This document shows positions 60,932 through 64,000 of a stretch of 64,000 nt of DNA, piece after piece (the stretch's first letter is position 1; the number at the start of each line of letters is the position of its first letter). The notes beneath the pieces were generated by a model, which had not been told where the DNA came from, ran no database searches, and worked only from the letters and a program-made list of their open reading frames with translations. The stretch spans positions 143,592,001 through 143,656,000 of the forward strand of contig OZ024743.1 in assembly GCA_964016885.1 (NCBI GenBank), written 5' to 3'. The translations under genes were made by a program, and so were the position numbers. The stretch comes from Eledone cirrhosa (Eukaryota).

Positions 60932-61057
60932 ATTGGCATCATTTTCTGAGACTTCATTGACAAGTAGTACTTCGGCATCCTCTCTCGACCCACAAACACG
61001 AAAGGCAGATTTGAATTCAGAACTACGAGACACTACCAAAGAACCAGACCATACTAT
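60932..61057 (+). CDS. Candidate internal coding exon (LASFSETSLTSSTSASSLDPQTRKADLNSELRDTTKEPDHT)
   Basis: Acceptor ATTTCTTTCAG at 60931, 126-nt symmetric phase 2-2 open frame, weak donor GTAAAT at 61058. Confidence 0.3.
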
Positions 61058-61963
61058 GTAAATACAACTACTCCAAGCTCGAGAATTTTTATGTCCCTCT
61101 GTCCATCTATCTTTATCTCTAGCTATCTGTCTATCATTAACTGTCTAGCTGTGTCTGTGTATAAAACACTGACATTGTATTTTATCATTTACGTAAATAC
61201 GGATGTTATAATCACGGAACAACTGTACATTATACTTCCAGAACATCGCAGTGTCTGCTCCTGAATAAACTTTTCTTTAATTAACAGCAGAGAAGTTCAG
61301 TTATTTGGCATAAATGCTAAACAGACGATTCTTAGTTTGTAAAATCGACCAGCATTTTACGCGGTTTTGAATACACGCAGTCAGAATTTTTTTTTTTTTT
61401 TTTTCAATTAAAAAAAAGCTGTAAAACTCTTAACTTTCTGTTCCGTATGAAACCGCATCATCTAATGTAAGGGAGGAAACTCTATCGCTATCGTGCTTTG
61501 CCTTAGTTTTCTAAACCCCAAGAGAAACTGTCGTTATGCTTTCTCCAAAACATTGACATAGACACTCTTATAAAAGGATTTTGAATATACTCGGTGGTGT
61601 GTGTGTATTTGGGGGGGGGGGGGGGGGGGGCAGCAATTGACAACGTAAGATACAGGCCCATGGTATTTTTGTTAACCTCTCGGCTATTTTATTTATTCAA
61701 TGGAAATATTTACTTTGGTGGCTCGACCGTCAGCGAAACCTCCCTCTATGAAAATCTAACACAACTCAGCAACAATAACATTCCGAGTTCGTATTTTTGT
61801 ATCTTTCAACTCTAGTTCAAGTGTATGTACCCAAGAACTGACACACTCGGATGGGAAATATTATTATAGATGTTAAAATGGTTATCACAAAATGTCTGAA
61901 TTACTGTAATTGCTTCTTACTTGCAGAGAATTCATAGCTACCTGTAGGTCAATTGGCCATCCG

Positions 61964-62007
<44 letters not shown>

Positions 62008-63495
62008 CACTATTATCGTTTTAAAGACTTCTTTTGTCTATACTAGTATGGGATGAACTAGACATTTAAGGTACTATTCTAAGGACGGATGATCTACCTG
62101 ACATACATATATAATCAACTTCTGTATATTCGTCATTATTTTCACAATTTTTTACATTCTAATATTAAATATTCCAGATACATAACAGCTGCAATAGAAA
62201 TTGTTCCTGTGTGCTGATTTAAGGTAACCTTCTGTTTTTATCTCTTATGTAATTAGGTAGACAAAATGGAGGGAAGATGGAGTTATAATTCATTAGTCAT
62301 TTATCTGTAGATATATGTAGCACTTGTTTGGTATCATCAACTGGACTACATCAAGTTCTGAGACAAAAGTTGAAATCAAAAGACTGAAGAAAATGTGTTA
62401 TATCAAGGGTTCCCAACTCCATGTGGCAATTATCTGAAAGTAAATTTACCCCAACTTTGTTTTCTACAATAATTTCTGTTCACATCTCTTCCATAATGCA
62501 GTAACCAACAAGGAGTGGTATTTTAAAATGCAGCTGAACATAGAGAATAATTGATATTTTTCTTTCTACTTTGTCATTCATTTCTTGAGTTATTTTCCGC
62601 TGAATAGCGCAGTAATTAGGAAATATAAAATACAGATTAAGTATAATACAGTAGAAAGAAAACATGAGAATTTTAACAAAGTTGGCTTATTTCAAATTTT
62701 CTTAACTTTAGATGGTTTTTAATTATAAATGAAAAAATATGTATAAATCCAGAATTAGATTTAATCCCTGAGTAAGGCGGTGAATTGGCAGTTGTTAAAA
62801 TGCTGACTAGAATGCTCTATAGTATTAATTCTCTGTGCTCTGAGTTCAAATCCTACCGAGGTCAACTTTGCCTTCCATCCTTATGAGGTCAATAGAGTAC
62901 CAGTACAGAAGTCGATCCATTTTTTTACATCTCTTTTACATATTTTCTCCGGAAGAAATCGGCTGTGTTCCAACTTGGAAAGGGGTGGGTTTCATCAGGT
63001 GTCACAATGATGCCCATGATTTCACCAAGAGTTGAAATCTCAAGGATGAATGGTATTGAATCTCCAAATAGATGGAATTTATCCCAGGTTGTGAATCTTT
63101 GTGTTATGTTTTTATATCTTTTATAACGACTGGAACAGCTTCAACGTCCACGATGTCGTTTACATGAGAACTTTCATCAGTCACAAGTGATATTTTTGAA
63201 ACGAGACATATTAAGGTTGGTTATTTGCCCTATACCTCAGTCGCTGTGTTGATGTAACCTCAGCGTCTGATGTCGTAAGGCACGTCAACAACTGTCACAC
63301 ATCAAATGCATCGTCTCTTTATATCATCAGACAATATCACAAATCAAATGAAACATTTACTTCCGGATAGTGTAAGTATTAACATTTTGAATTTATATGA
63401 CTTGAATTAACATAGGGCTTGTATTTAACTATTTATCATGGGACTTGATATTGACACCGCTGAAGAAAACTGGTCCGGAAAATTGACATAATGAA

Positions 63496-63658
63496 CAGGG
63501 CCTGTGAGAGAGAGGTCCAGCCAGTACTTTGTTCCGGGGCCCAAGAGCTAAGAAGGCTCCACAGCAACCATACAACATCCGTTGTGAGAAACATCTTTGC
63601 CTACTCGGGCCCCAAAGGGATCTTGTACCACCTTGCAAAATTTCTTTTGGAGGCCCTG
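63496..63658. mobile_element. hAT-superfamily MITE, 163 bp
   Basis: TIRs CAGGGCCT / AGGCCCTG; 8-bp target duplication ATAATGAA / TTAATGAA (7 of 8 match). Confidence 0.75.
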
Positions 63659-64000
63659 TTAATGAATCACTAGAGGTATATGAGATATCACCAAGATAAT
63701 AAATCTGAATGAGCTCGTGTGAAATCAGTTATTTGGTCGAATTGCTAGTGATGCATTTGTCAGTATTTTAATCCATATTTCACAGTGGTACCCAGCTCCC
63801 TTGTGTTTTCTCTATTTCTAATATTTTTATTTATTCTCAAATTTAATATACACTTTCAGTTATGGATTTAAAGGATGGAAATATTTCTTTATTTCATCTA
63901 TCACATTTATATAATGAAAGTATTTACAATCTCTATTATGTCGCTGATCTCCTTCCATTCTTACAAATCACGAACGTCAAGGAGACCTGTGTTTGCCTGT

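Overview
Repeat-saturated, AT-rich eukaryotic (animal) DNA. The SINE/LINE repertoire and huge (TA)n/(CA)n arrays suggest a coleoid cephalopod such as Octopus (inference). No complete host gene is visible, only a candidate Pol II promoter and a few candidate exons on the + strand. Almost all ORFs in the supplied track are artefacts of microsatellites. Real coding sequence is retroelement-derived: a near-full-length RTE LINE with a PHD finger inside its RT (about 13.3-17.35 kb), an intact 5'-truncated CR1-group LINE ORF (43.0-44.9 kb), two R4/Dong elements sitting in (TAA)n, CRE-like 3' fragments, several RTE fragments and a Penelope GIY-YIG fragment. The most striking signal is a set of short non-coding Penelope-like 3' termini, nearly all inserted in (TA)n. 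They carry type I hammerhead ribozymes, fold back into DNA palindromes at or near the ribozyme, and share an ACTC-N11-16-GAGTRC 3' hairpin across diverged families. One copy starts exactly at the predicted ribozyme cleavage site. Two of them sit inside a nested inverted-repeat complex at 10.4-12.6 kb.
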